Shown piece after piece: positions 1 through 15,400 of a stretch of 64,000 nt of DNA (positions are counted from its first letter, which is position 1; each line of letters begins with the position of its first letter). The position numbers were made by a program, and so were the translations under genes. The notes beneath the pieces are model-generated. The model made no database searches. It saw nothing but the letters and a program-made list of their open reading frames with translations, and had not been told where the DNA came from. Origin of the DNA: Paragordius varius (taxonomy: Eukaryota > Animalia > Nematomorpha); NCBI GenBank assembly GCA_964247055.1, contig OZ176054.1, positions 7,688,001-7,752,000 of the forward strand. The letters run 5' to 3'.

Positions 1-402
1 ACATTCTTAAAACACCAAAATTTTATTATTATTATTGATTTTACCTTACAAATAAAATATTTAAAGTTATTATAATTTATTCAGAAGAGAGAGAGTTCAT
101 TTACCATAGTTTTCCTATGTATTTAGTAATGCATAAGATCGCAAATTTTATGTTCCTTGTAAGAAAAACAGAATTCTTGGCATTTGAAATTTATTTATTT
201 ATAATATAAATGGTTATATTTAGAATTTACAATTAACTATTAATTTTTGATCAAATTTATCTAAAGTATAGCAGTCAGAAATAAAAATAAAACTCTAATT
301 GTAAAGCCTTTTTGAAATATAATTAACCACAGTCTTACACATAATCCTTAAATCTTTCGAGAGGTGTTATATAATAATTAGGCAATTTCCCTAATTTTAT
401 AG

Positions 403-3400
403 GTTTTTTCACCGATGGAAGATGTGACAGATATCACGGAGTTGCGAAATATATTTCAACAAATCGTGCAAGATGTATATTCCAAAAATTATGGGTTTCG
501 TTTAACGGAAACGGATGCCAATAAAATCAAGACACTAATAGGTAATATTTGACAAGACAAGACTAAAATTAATGTTAAACATTAAGGTGCTAGTTGATAA
601 AAATCAAACCTAAATCTTATAAAATATTTTCTTTAAGCATTTATATGTGATATAGGGAGGAATTAAAAGGTAAATATTCTAACTTCAAAATCTAATTAGA
701 TGGTGTTTTAACCTATAAAATGTTAGATGATGATGGCATATTACTAAAATAATTTAATGCCTAGCAATTTTTTTTACCGTATGCATTTATACACATATAA
801 TATTAAATTTAATTAAAACTCTATTCAATACTCAGATTTTAAATAATTTGATGTAAATTATGAAAGAACACGAATTTAAAAAATATTTGTTGAATTTCAT
901 AAATTATAAAAGTTAATTTTAATAGGTTTATCAACTTTGTTTCCCAAGTTTTGCAAATTTATTATTGATAAAAAAAATAGTATTTTTCAATTTAAAATTT
1001 ATAAAACAAACTTTTACAAGTGTAGGATGTGGTTTGTTTTTAATGGTTATAATAAATATTAATTATAATTGTTATGTATATTTTATGTATTATATTATTT
1101 TGTGCTCTCAAAACACTAAAAGGTGAAATATCACGTATTCAGTCTCACTAACATCGTCTTTTTAAAAAAGAAAATGTATATATATAAACATTTTTTTTGA
1201 CATAAATTAACGCGACACATTAATTTTTTTTATTAAAAATATAGATAAATAGATATTTATAATACCATATATATTGCGCAGTCCTACGCCCATCGCAAAA
1301 ATTAAGGAGATATCATCAAATATATATATAATCATTTTTGAGCGAAAACATTTTCCCTTCACACATTTAAATTTGAACATTAAATTGAACACTTATCAAT
1401 ATTAAAAATCTATCATCAACTTATACACTATATCGGTGAAAAAGTGTTTTTACAATTCCCATACAAACCCAGTTAATTCCAAATGAATGAATTTCATAGT
1501 TATTAGCTAACAACAGAATTGCTTATTCATTTTTTGTTATTCGATAGAAAACAATGATATCAATATCGGCCAAATTGATAGTCTTAAACCATGCCAGCTA
1601 AAGGCTGTAATCAATGAAGCTAAAACATTCCCGTTCTATTTTACGCGATTTTTCCCCGTATCTGTAAGTCTTTTTGTTGTTTACTTATTCATTTGTGTAT
1701 AATTTTTTATACCGTTAAAAGGTTTTTTTGGGATTTTTAGGCAACTTTACTTAATCAATTGGGAAATTTTGAGACCGAGGACCCGTTGTAAATACTAAGT
1801 TTAAAATGCTGACATTTTAAGAATAAGTTTTTCATTCGACTCTGTTAGGATTTAACCATGTGGTTAGAATTATTTTTATACGAGGCCCTCTTTTCATCAA
1901 TTTTTTATAGGGTCCCCGAAAAGTTTAGGTTGTATGCAATTAGCACGTGAGTAAAAATATTATTTTTTCACGACTTCCTCTAAATTATTTCCACGCTATC
2001 AAGTTAGGTTATATTTTTGGGCTAGGAAGCATAAATATACCAGGATAATTGGCTTTTTTGCCCTTTAAACTATAGCGTACCCGATATGATCACAATTCTA
2101 TAAAATAAATTTTTTTAAGGAAAATAGGATTGACATTATAATTATACTTGTATTCACAAGTCATTACCGGTATAACTAAGAGAAGAGGTTAGCGATAAAT
2201 CGATTGGACCCCATTTGGTTCATCTGACAATAAACTACAAAAATAACATAATTGTCCTTCAAAAGATAGTGTCAATTTTTTTGCTTGAAAAACAACATTT
2301 GCGGCTCGCATTATTTTCCTTAATTGATCAGAAGAAAAAGGGTTGAAAGGTTGTGCATTTGACTGCTTTTTCGAAAAAGCCCGGTCCGACTCAGTCAGAC
2401 ATGGTTTTGACCACGGTCATAACCACTTTTTATTTAGGTAAATATCACGCGATATTGGATTGGGAAAATAATGTTCAAACGACTTGAGTTTAACTAATAA
2501 TGTCATGTTTTTCCTTAAATACGTATTATACATTTTTTTGTTATTTGTTATTTACAAATATTCTCAATCAAATTTAATCAAAAATTTTGTTTTCAAATGT
2601 TTGTGGCCTGAATCTTCAAATACTTAGCTTTTAATACTGGATATTTCAAGTAAAATTTTACCTAGTTTTACACTTTCTTTCATCTTTGAAATATCCAATT
2701 ATAAATGTTAACTCATTTTATTATTTCACAATTACATATTATGGAATAAAAGCATATTTTTCAAAGTGCTTAATTGTATGTTTTTCGAAATAACTGGATT
2801 GCTTAAATGCCATTGTTATAAGGATGCATGTTTAACAATTTTATATTGTTAAATATTCAAAAATTATATTAAAAAACAATAAAATCTACTATCTCTCTTC
2901 CAAAAAATTGTGCAAGTATTTAACAGCTGTTTTTTAAATGGCCATGGTCAAAAAATAAATAGTCACTGACCAAGTCATGACTTGGTCAGCACAACCCTAA
3001 TTGAAAGTCATCGTTTGCTGGTAGAGTTATATGCTGAAATGCTTTATCAAAATATGAAGCGTGTTTTTCTAAAATTTTAAAATTGGGATTTTAATGTGAA
3101 AGAGATTGGGCGATCTGTTAGACTACACAACTGTGAAATCGATAAAGTGCAAGAGTTGTTGGATGATGACTGAATTTAAACGGCAATTGGCACGAGCATT
3201 ACATGAATCACAAAAAAATCAGTTGAAGAAAACGAGCAATAGGTAGACCATAAATTCGGTTAATAGGTCCCACACAATTTGAATGAACGTTTAATCGAAT
3301 ATCGCAAAGTTACTTTTCCTGCTTCTACGTCAAGGAGAGTCATTGCACGAATTGTGACAGGTGAAGAGAAGTAGCCTAGTCGCGGCATTCACCTATCCAA

Positions 3401-6400
3401 GCAGGCCCATAGGGCAGAGCCCATGCTATGTGTCTGAGTCGTATTGTGTGTTATGAACCTTTGAAACCTGGTGTACCGAGAAAACTCGAAGCCATCTCAA
3501 CAAATTGTTAATTTATACCACGGATTCATTGATAGACAACCGAAAGGGGCCAGAAGACATGAAAAGTGAATTTGTTATTAATCCGTGAGGAAAAACACCT
3601 TATCGCCTTGATGGGACCTTCTGAATCAGGCGTCTTCTGAGCTAGCGCCATCTGATTAATTAAATTCAAATCAATGGGGTACACCCTAGAAGATCTGCAC
3701 TTTAATTTGGAAAGAGTTTAAAATTGGCTTGACGAATCGTATGCGGCAAAAGACAATCATTTTTTCCTGCATGGCAGCATTCATATACATGAGAGATGAG
3801 CGAAATGAGTAGGAGCCGATGGATATGATTTTTTAAACAAATCACATTCTTTCATATTTACATGTTTTTTTTTATCATAAAACCGGTTAAGACATGTGAT
3901 TACACCTGGTTTATGTGACTTTTATATACATTATTCAAATCCTTTTCAATTTAATCTGTACTATATACAACTTTTGCTTAATTAAAAAATATAATTATTT
4001 TTGTGTAAGATTATATTTTTTAATATTATAAATTATTTCAGAATTTAAATAATTTTAATAAGACTGATTATTGGTTATTATTTACAGTAAAAATGAAATT
4101 CTATTAAAACGTAAAAATTAAAAGATATATTTTTTAATGGACCATTTTTAATTTGTTTTTCCCACATAAACTTTATAACACTTGGATCCAAATCTGGATA
4201 ACTACTGACCCCAGACCATATATAAATTGATATTACAGTTCCAATTTAAATTTATGCTTTTATTCTAATAAAAATCATATAAATAAACCAAAATATCTAA
4301 ATAAAATTTAGTCTTGTAAAAAAACTCGATATCAAATTAGATAAACGCCATTTTTATTTTACAACATTTTTGCAAAATATAGTTTTTTTATAACGCTAAA
4401 ATTATTGTTATCTTTTTTAGAATCACGTCTAACAAATACCAGAAATGGTTTATTTTTATTTTCATATTTAGCTAATTCACACATGTCACGTGGCTAATTT
4501 TTTACCATCAAGTTTATCCAAAAAATAAGTAAAATTTATGAATGTCTTTTTTAGTATTTCGGTCAATTAATGTTATATAAGTGCAAACATTTGCAATGGT
4601 TTCAATTTATTCCATCTTTTTTCATTGATTTTATATAGGCTTGGGGTCAATATTTACCTCAATTTGAATTATCTAGTACTAAAAAGAATGTGTTTTATCC
4701 AAGGGAAAATTATATAATTGTACTAACAATTTTATCCTATTTTGCAACCCAAACGATAAGTTATATTTAAAAAATGGTTGTCTGTTTTTTTAAAAAAATT
4801 GCCTTCTAATTTTTACGTTTTGTCTTAAAATTCAAGTTTTACTATTGTTTTTATATTTCATTTTGGTAAATATCGTGAAAATTTTTTTATGGGTGAATTA
4901 AAAAACAAATAGGTGGATTATTTTTTAAAAAAAAATTATGTTAATAGTGTGAAAATTTTGATGGCACAAATCATTTACTGGCAATCAGTCATTCTGGAAT
5001 AAAAATAGTAGAACGCTTTTCCGATTCTTCCACTAACGATGCAAATGACTGTTTGTCAATTCTTGAAACATTCAAGTTTAATCTTTTTATAAATGTGTGA
5101 CAAATAAATTTTGAAAAACTCAATATGTTTTTTTACCTTTTTAACAGATATAGTGATATCGAAGATATCCGAATCACCACCGTTAATACAATCAACATTT
5201 TGCTATTCAATGAAATTACATTGATATTTCACACACAATGGGTATAATATTACTTTTTTTAACGCGTTAGATTTAAATGTTAAAGTTTACTAGTTGTATA
5301 AAAAACCTAGGTTTATGACATTCAAGATTTGATAGAAACATTCCTGAAAGAAAGTCGACTGTCTGAATTATCCCATACAAAAGTTGAAAAGACTTATTAT
5401 AGTGACAATAAAACGAAGTCCTCTATAGACACTAGCATTAATTCACAAAACAATAACAACAATGAAATTAATAGTGCTCAAAACTCTATAAACTCCAAAA
5501 ATCTATCAGATCAAGGTTTAGAAACCAATAACTTTAAATTTGCCCAGCCCTACCCTGCAAAAGTTATCAAAAATAAGATCAATTTTTTCGATCGATTAAG
5601 ACTTGGACCGAATAGCCAAAATTTAAATGATGCCAATAGTACTTTAAATGCCGTAAAGGCGAAGCATGTGACCATCGATAATTCTGACACTTGTAGCCGA
5701 ACCTCGAATAAAAGTTCATAAATAATTATTGTTGTAAATTAAAAATATTTTTTTATGTATTTTTAAAAAAATAATTTTCCACGAAATAATTTTGTAAATT
5801 ATTTAAATACACCCAATTAATACATCCTTATTCTGTATACATAATTATAAATTGAAAACTTGAATATGGCACTTATTTACAAAAATAATTATATTTACAG
5901 TAAAAATTAAAATTATACGGACAAAACGTAAAAATATAAAGACAGATATTTTTTTCAAGACAACCATACTTTTTTAAACCTCAATTTATCCTATAAAATC
6001 ATTTAATTACAATTTTAAATTACATAATTAATAATGTTACCAATATACATCTCTAGTATGGTTGTCTTTTAGAAAAGAACATTTGTCTTTATATTTTAAC
6101 ATTTTGTCCGTATAATTCCAATTTTTATACTGTACTATTTTTTTATAGGTAGTGCATCCAAGTTTTCTTTGCTTTTACATCGTAACACCACAAGGATCAG
6201 GAGAGATTCGCTATTAAACCAAAATAATTTAATAAGCGATCCCTTATTCAATCATTTGCAAACGAACACACCCAAATTAAGTCCTAAATCAAAAACTAAT
6301 TCCATGAAGAGCCTGATTAACATTGGCTCAAATGCCCTCAAACAATATCAACAAAAGTTTGAGCATCGAAAGGATAAAACACCACTGCAAGTCTACGATA

Positions 6401-9400
6401 AAAATAATGTGGGATCATATTCTAAAAGGTATAATATATAATTTTTATTAATGTTTTCATAAAAAAAGATTGATGCAAATGTAAAAATATTGGTTTTTCG
6501 ACAGAGCATGAATTACTAACTTAAATAAAAATATAGTTTATAATTAAAACTAATATAAACAATTTAACATTAATCTAAATATACCCCAAATATTGTCATA
6601 TAATAAAAAATCATATATTATCTAGTGTAAAGTTTAAAAGTATTATAAAAAAAACCTTTATAATAATTAACTAGTTATAAAGCGGACAATACATAAATTA
6701 ATTTTTATTGAATGTTAAAAACAAATTGGTCGAAATTAAAAAATCAAATTGAATCTAATAATTTTATTATTTTTAAACACAAACTTGAATTAATATTTAT
6801 TGACTATAGTTAATCATCATACTACCTTAATTTTTCATTGAATCATTAAATTTAATTATTTATTAGCTTGATTTTAATTAAAAATACCGCAAAGGTGGAA
6901 AAAAAAATTAAAAACATCAGCGGTTTCCTATTTAGTCTCAAATCACATAGATTATTATTTGGTTGTGATTAATTACATTTTAAAGGAGATGATTTATTCA
7001 TATTTTATAATATTTTTAATTTTTAGTACAATACTAAATTATTAAATAGTTTACAGTATTCTAATGGAAAAAATCCAGCCAGCAGTGGAAAATCGACACA
7101 TTTTGCACCCGATGACATGATTTTTTATAACAGTAACAATAATAATAATTATAAGTCTCGAGATTTGACAGATTTTAGTCAAGGTTTAACACCAAATAAA
7201 GCATTGAAAAAAAGAATTTTAAATGATAAAAATGATATAATGACAAGATCGTATCCGGCTCATGAGAGCGTTTCCCCTCTAAAATCAATCACAAAAATCA
7301 GAGATAACATCATTAAAAACGGTCGCTTAAAGTCACCAAATGGGGAAAAACAATCAACTACTCACCAAATATTCTCCAACCTATTGAATCCATTTACACA
7401 ACAAGTAAAACAATAAAATAGTTTTTTAAAAACTCATATATACATATACTACAGTAACCCAAAAAATGAGTAGTATAATTAAAACATGTTCAATGAAATA
7501 TATAGTGGGAAAAATACTCGAGGTTTATGGAAGAAACCAGCTATAAATGATTACAGCACGCATATTTATACTGGCCTATTTACATTATCGTTGGTCAATT
7601 AATAATACAGTAGCTTGTCTTATAAAACAAATTTTGTCCAATTAAATACATCAATTAATATTTTATGATAGGAAAACATTGTTTAATTTCAACATTTTGT
7701 TGTTTTTACCCAAACACTACTGTGTTGCCAATTGGCCAACAATAATGTGAATAGGTCGCATAAATGTGCATACTTACTATAATATAATTATATTAATAAA
7801 TTATGCCAAATAAGTATACCATGTATACCCTTTTTTGTATGCCTTTTTTGCTAAAATAATTAAATAAATATACCATTTACAGTTCAAATTCACCCTTGAA
7901 TAATTCAAATTCACCCTAAAATAAATTAGTGTTTTTTATTACCATTATTTTATAATATTTTTAAAATATGGAATACTGTTTAAAATTAATATAATGCTGA
8001 AAAAATACTAAACTATGGTGTAATATAATATTAATGATGAGTTTAATTATCCCGAAAACACATAATTAATTTTTAGGATGAATTTGAATTGTTCAAGGGT
8101 GAATTGTTCAAGTAAATGGTATACTATTAATTATTTAATAAACATGCATTTTTTGTCTTTATACTTTTATATTTTTAGTTAAGCAAAAGTTCAACCAAAT
8201 TACATGAGCCTACGAATGTGGTTGAAAGTCACGGACGAACAAATAAAAGGTACATTGATGATCGAAGGCGATATTCCGAATCCCGTAGCACGTATCACAA
8301 AATAGATCCTTTGCTCAACCATTCCATTAACGGTGATGAAAAATTTTTAACAACATCAATCGGGTTGGTACCAAATCACAAATATCAAAAATTTTCTTCG
8401 TCCACAACCAACATAAATGACATAAAAATGTCCAAAACTGAAAAACGTAAACCCGGTGAAACACCACACAACAACAATTATGATAAAAAGAGCTGCTATC
8501 TTCCATTTCCAAGGCCCCCTATTGAATCCCGAACCCAAATTAACCATTATAATGGAAAAAATTCTTCTGATAAATATAATAATAATAATAATAATCATCA
8601 CTTAACCAGAGTAAGATATTCTCAAAGTCCATATAAAAAATATAATGGATCTAATAACCGCACAAATTTACGGGAAGATTATACGCATGAAAAGTATTTA
8701 TAAATATGTATATATGTATTTCGGTAATTAATTGAACTAAAGGGATTCATTTATCCATTTTGAATGATTTTTTAACCCAAACGTATGATTGATTGATAGT
8801 TAATTGGCATGCTACTTTTCTAAAATTTGTATAATAATATTAAATATTAACAATGAAACAAAAACGCATGGTTTACATGATTTTTGATTTGCAGTCAGTT
8901 TTAATAAATCAGATTTGTTTCACATAATATACAGTTATGTATCCTTTATTATATCAAAATTTATTTTTTTTTCGTTAAATGGGTATAAATATTTGGTAAA
9001 GAATGGAAAAAACAAGAGCTCTATGGTAATTCTTATACTTTTTTAATGAATATGATATTGTTAATATCATAGAGTTCTTGTTTTTTCCATTCTTTACCAA
9101 ATATTTATACCCATTTAATGAAAAAAAAATTTTTTTGATAAAATAAAGGGTACATATGACTGTAAGAAGAATGATAATAGTTTCGTTACCGCTTTATATA
9201 TACAAATTTATGTAATTAATCCTTTATTTGAATAGTTTTTACCTTATTTTCTATTAAATTATTCTATAAACATTCTATAAACTCTAATTTTCAACTTGAT
9301 CATTTTCTACCTTAGTCATAGCGAAACGTGATAACATTTTTTATTGATTGCAATTTGGATAGTAAGATAATTTTTTAACAACACTCCATAGATTAATGTT

Positions 9401-12400
9401 GAATGGTCATTCATGTTATAACGTTGGAGCCACGGTACAAGACGAACACGATGAACGTACAGAAGATATATATGAACAAAGTTGGAATCGTATCCCTAAT
9501 TATCAGCATGAAATGTACAACAAAGATGTAATGTATACCCAATACAATATCAACAATAATAATAATAATAACATTAATACTGATATGATAAAAAATCATA
9601 GATCACCACCACCAACAATTAATAATGGTTTTTACCAAAATGGTATGTCAATTGGTTCGAAAAACGGTCATACACATTATAATTCAGCTTATGAATCGCC
9701 GTATAAGGGGACTCACTATCACAGACATGACATGATTTACTATGCACTCTGCCATTTTCGATCATGCCTAGATAAGTAAGTATATTCAATAAAATGGAAT
9801 ATGTAATTCTCGGATATTATGAATCTAAATCTATTATTTAATTTCTTAAATAATCATTATTTAAGTAATTTGAATCAAAAGTCGTTTTCGATTTCGGTTA
9901 CAAGTCATTTTCACCTCTGATTCCAAATCCACCTAATTATTTAAAAACGGGTCGGTTTCTTTTTTTGGTCAAATGGTTATGACACAGGGTTGTATTTTTA
10001 AATACTCTATATTTGAATAAAATCTACAAAAACACACCTATATATGCACATATTTTATGCTACTTTTTTGCTGAATATTCTGAAAAAATTCCAATTTACA
10101 TATGATTTTTTTAATTTAAAATAATATTTTATGGAACCGCTTATCTGGTTTAAAAACGATTCCAATAATAAATTAGTTCAATAAAAACGGTTTTCGTCAT
10201 AATACCTCCCATAGTCTCAATAAATTTTTTATGGATTAGTTGAATTAGAGTAAATTTTACAATAAAATATGAAAATGAAATTATTATTTGCATAATTATT
10301 TTCTAGAATCAAATCAGATCCGGAACTTAATGATTTGTATGACCGGTATATGGAGTCTGAGGAAGACGACAGTTTTTCAAACCTGAGAGATTTGCAAAAT
10401 ATGTGTAAAATATTTTTAATCTCCAAATACTCATTAACTTTGCATAAGTTAAATGTAATCATTTTATAAATAAATACATGTGTTTATAGATTTTCAAATT
10501 CATGACGAAAAGGAGCATCTTCGACTAATTACACCATCCAAAGTAATTATGATTTTATCAATTAGTTATACTTAGGGTTGTGCATTTGACTGCTTTTTCA
10601 AAAAAGTCCGGACAGACCCAGTCAGACCATGGTCATGACCACGGTCATGACCGCTTATTACTTAAGTAAATATCATGCGATATTGGATTGTGAAAATAAT
10701 TCGTACGACACTATCGTTTCACTAATAGTATCATGTTTTTTCTTAAAAGTGTATTATACATTTTTTGATATTTAATATTTAAAAATATTTTCAATCAATC
10801 CAAGAATTTTGTTTTCAAATTTTGCCACATGTTTGTGGCCTCCTGAATCTTCAAATACATAGCTTTTAATACTGGATATTTCAAAGTAAATTTTACAAAC
10901 TTTATTTTACACTTTATTTCATTAATGAATAAATATCCAAATATAAGATGTTTCTCATTTTATTGGTTATGGAATAATTGCATGTTTTGCAAAGTGCTTG
11001 ATTGTTTTGTTTTTCGAAGTAACTGGATATGCTTAAATGCTAATGTTATAACGATGCGTGTTTAACAATTTTATATTGTTAAATAAAATTTAAATATTTA
11101 ATTTATATTTAAAAAAATATATTAAAAAACACTAAAATCTTACTATTTCTCTTCCAAAAAAATTACCAGCAATTTTTCAAAAAACAGCTGTTTTAAATGA
11201 CCATGGTCAAAAAATAAATAGTCACTGATCTGGTCATGACCCGGCGGTCAATTGACCGGGTCATAACTTATCCAGCACAACCTTAGTTATGCTTTATTCT
11301 TAAAGGAATAGGTTTTAAATACATTATCTATTTCTGAAGAAATATTATAAATTAATTGTTCTATAAAAGTCCAAAAAACTATTAACCGTTTTTCCAATTT
11401 AATTTATTAAAAAATTGTGTTATCTAAAACAAATCAAAATACCGCGAAAACAATATTTGTGATTACCGAGGAATTGGAAATGAGTATCTACATTAAATTA
11501 CCTCAAGCATATACTATCTATTATATTGTTCGATTTCAGTTAAATAAGGCTAAAAGTTTGTTATAATTTAGTTAGATTGGCCTCAGGACATCAATTATAT
11601 AGATTCATAAAATATTTTACGACATACATTATTTTTTTGCAAGTGCAGAAACCGATTGAAAAACCATTGCATCCCTTTGAACATGTTGAGGAAGGCAAAT
11701 TAGCTTTGGACACTTTTGTAGCAATAATGCGGTACATAATGGATCTCCCTAAATTAAACAGCGAAGATATGGAATTGGTTGAAATGGATTATGTATATAC
11801 GCTTCTAACTGCTTGTCATCGCTACACAGATTTACAGACCGAAGTTTATTGCCAAATCATTAAACAATTGGGTCACTCCACAGAAACCAAAGTGAAATCG
11901 TATGATTTTCTATATCTTTATAAATGTACTTTAAAATATGGTTTGAAAAAATTTAAAATTGCTCGAAATCCGGCAAATTTTAAACGAACGCTAGTTTTTA
12001 TATACATACTAAACTGTTGTGTCTATCGAATGCTATTATACAAGAAGTTAATGAAAAATTTGCCCTGTAGCACCATATATATACCCGCTACTTCGGTCTG
12101 TCAATTTAATTTTTAATTATTATTGAGTTGCTAGTTATTAATGATGTTTATAAATGAGCTAAAAAAATAATTTTTAATTTAAAAGGAAAGTTCACGATTC
12201 TAATGACTTTAATGACTAAATATTTGTAAATATAGAGAACGTTGCGTTAAAGGATGGAAACTTATGCATATTCTCACCTCCTACTTCCTTGCTAGTTCTT
12301 ATCTAAGACCCTTTTTAACGCATTATATCACAACTGTCAGCATTAATCGCCCCAACCCATATTGCGAAATGGCAAAAGAATGTTTGATGAATTACGAGGT

Positions 12401-15400
12401 AACACAAAAATATGGCGGTAGGAAAAATGTTCCCAGTGTTGAAGAAATCATGGCGCTATCAGTATATCCAACTTTACTTAATTGTACAAATTTATTTTAA
12501 ACTTTTTTTGGCTTAAATTTGATACAACTAGGTGCTATTTAGGCAATAAAGTAGCCTAAAAGTTTTATTCTCGCTTACATATATCAACATAAATTTAACT
12601 TTTCACCAAAAAATCTTATTTAAAATCAACAATATGACTCTTTACTTGATAGATTATATGTAAACTTCTATATTTATTAGCATGGCAAATCATATAAGCG
12701 ACAATTTTATCGAATTCCAGGCGGTGGTGGACGCATATTTCTATTAAAATGCAGCTCGGTATGTTCGAATTTAAAATGAACTTTATCATTCGGATATTTT
12801 ATAGTTTTTTTGCAAAAGTTAATATTCTAGAAATAATTTTTTTTCTTTAAAAAAAAACTCTCATATATTCAGCGATAAAAATACCGAATCATTTTGTATT
12901 TTGAGGTTATTGAAAATGTTGTGAAAGATATTTGTTGGGATCTGTTGGAGACCAAAGATACAGAAGAAACGATGGAATTCGCTTTATACATTGTTTATCC
13001 ATGTAAACATTTTTTCATTGTGACTTAATATGAATGAGATTTAAATTTATTATTTTGCTAAAATTGTTCATATATACGTATTTTTTTAGCTAAAAAAGTG
13101 GAATATATAAGTAAGGATGAATACATACTTGATGTTACGACAGAATTGGATAAGAAATACATAGCTGATGCCAAAAATGGGTACTTTATATTTTTCAAAC
13201 GGCACATGTGGTCACTCCCACTCTCCTTCAACACAAAAGGACAATGCTATATAGAATTCCATTACAAACAAATCTTAGCCGATTATTTGGCTGGTCTAAT
13301 CTTTATGATACCAAATTTGAATGAAAACTGTGCTGTTTATACCACTAACCACAATAATTCACATTACCCCAAAATCCCGCAATATATAGAAGTAAATCAA
13401 AATAATTTTTTACATATCTTTTAAAAGTATAACGATGCAATAAAATTATTAGTAAAAGAAACATTAGAAAATTATCGTAATCAAATGCGCACTTTAAATT
13501 GAACCAAAAGCCTATGATTTTTATAAATTTTTATTAAATTTAAAAAATATAACATATTTTAATAAAAAATGTTGACATTTAAATTAAACATCACTATCTC
13601 ATAAAGTTTTTTAACACGGTAAAAATTACCCATTTTTAATCTATATATATATATATATGCAAGACTTTAGTGGGACTAATAATATTTAACCGATGCTGTC
13701 TGTGGCTAATTATGCCATGTTCACTAAAAATATATGCGCAAACAACTAAAAATGGTAGTTAAATTTTAAAAAATTTTTAATATGAATGCGAAAGACCCCA
13801 ACTTCATAGAGCTCTGCGACCAAACTTAGCCTTTTAATTAGTTTTTTTATAAAGTCGAGAGTATTTTAAACAATTCTACACGTAATAATATATTGGATTC
13901 TTTATGTACAGGATGACCTTGCTGAATTAGCCTGTTTAATTCACCGAGCAAGTGGTGCTGAAACACATCCAAACCTGGAAGATGTCATCTTTCTTTTTCC
14001 AGAAACATTGTTGGAAAGTCCAAACTTTGACAAAGTGTATTGGCATAATGTACTACTTACCATACGCAAAGAACTCAATCGACTTAGCCCATCGGAAGCT
14101 CGAATCAAATTTATGCAAACCTTAGAAAAAAATTGTCAATTATTTGGCAGCACATATTTTAACGTCAAAGTAATATATATTTAATAAGATGATTACTGGT
14201 ATCAAACTTGCATACTATACGAGTCAGACTTTTCAAGTTATTGAGAAACAGCCATTTTTTTCAATTATTCACTGTTAGTCCTGGGCAGGCCAGTGTTAAG
14301 TGTTTGGTCAAAAAATATAATCAGATAAGTCTTATCCCTTAAATATATGGAAAAAAGAGTCCATAAACTCATATTGTTTCTTTTAAAATATATAAATTTA
14401 CGCTTTATAGAAAAAATATTGATAAACATGAGAGACATTCAATTGTTTTTTTAAAGAATCGATCAAATATATAGTGTTGGATTGAAAATTTTTATATTCC
14501 ATTGTTTTTTGCCAAAACCTTTGGTTCGATTCCATTTTTCGTAAAATGGTTTTATTTTCGGCTACATACTTTGTTTTTTTACGGAAGGCCCAAATAAAAT
14601 AGTTAAATATCATCTCATTTAAACATATACTAATAACAGCACTTCGCAAAGCCACAAAAAATTATTAATTTTATAGAAAAAAATATATTTTTTTCTAAAT
14701 TAAAATGAAAATAAAAAATATAAAAATAATAATTTTAGAAATCATTTTTCGATTTAAAAAATAAAAGTTCTGGAAAAAACAGTTTGGGTGCCAAAAAAAT
14801 ATTTATAAAATATTTCATACATTTTCACATGTATTCGCTTAATAGATTTGATTTAGACATACTTGTTTAATATTTATAGAACTCGTACGATTCCGACGCC
14901 ATAACTGAAAATATATTTGCTATTAACAAAGCTGGCATATATTTTTTGCCTCCAAATGCACAAGTATAATTAATAAATTGCGCTTTCTTTGTTTTTTAAT
15001 TGGCAAAATTAAATTTGTTTTTAATATAAAGGAAATATTATCCCACCATCCTTACCGCAGAATCGAAACCGTTAATAAAACAACCACACCAACAGAAAAT
15101 TACATAGAAATTAAAGTCAAAACTAGCAATGTATTAATAATGCTAAAAATCCACACTGAACAGGTAAATAATTTAGAAATAACGATCTTAATAACAATTT
15201 TTAAATCTCTGTTTTCAATAATTAATTCCTGTAAAAAAATGAATTGGTATATACCGTTTACAAATCAAATTCACCCTTGAACAATTCTAATTCTCCTCTA
15301 TTCAAATTCACCCTAAAAATAAATTATTTTTTGAGCTAATATAACTCATCTTTAACAAAATTTATTCTTATGGCGTAGTTTATTCTTTTTTCAGTATTAT

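Noticed and set aside
3590-3640. P-loop-like peptide LIALMGPSESG suggesting a viral ATPase
   Set aside because: It is an alternative frame of the decayed mariner (W.LL...LAPSD region) and lacks the GK[ST] motif.
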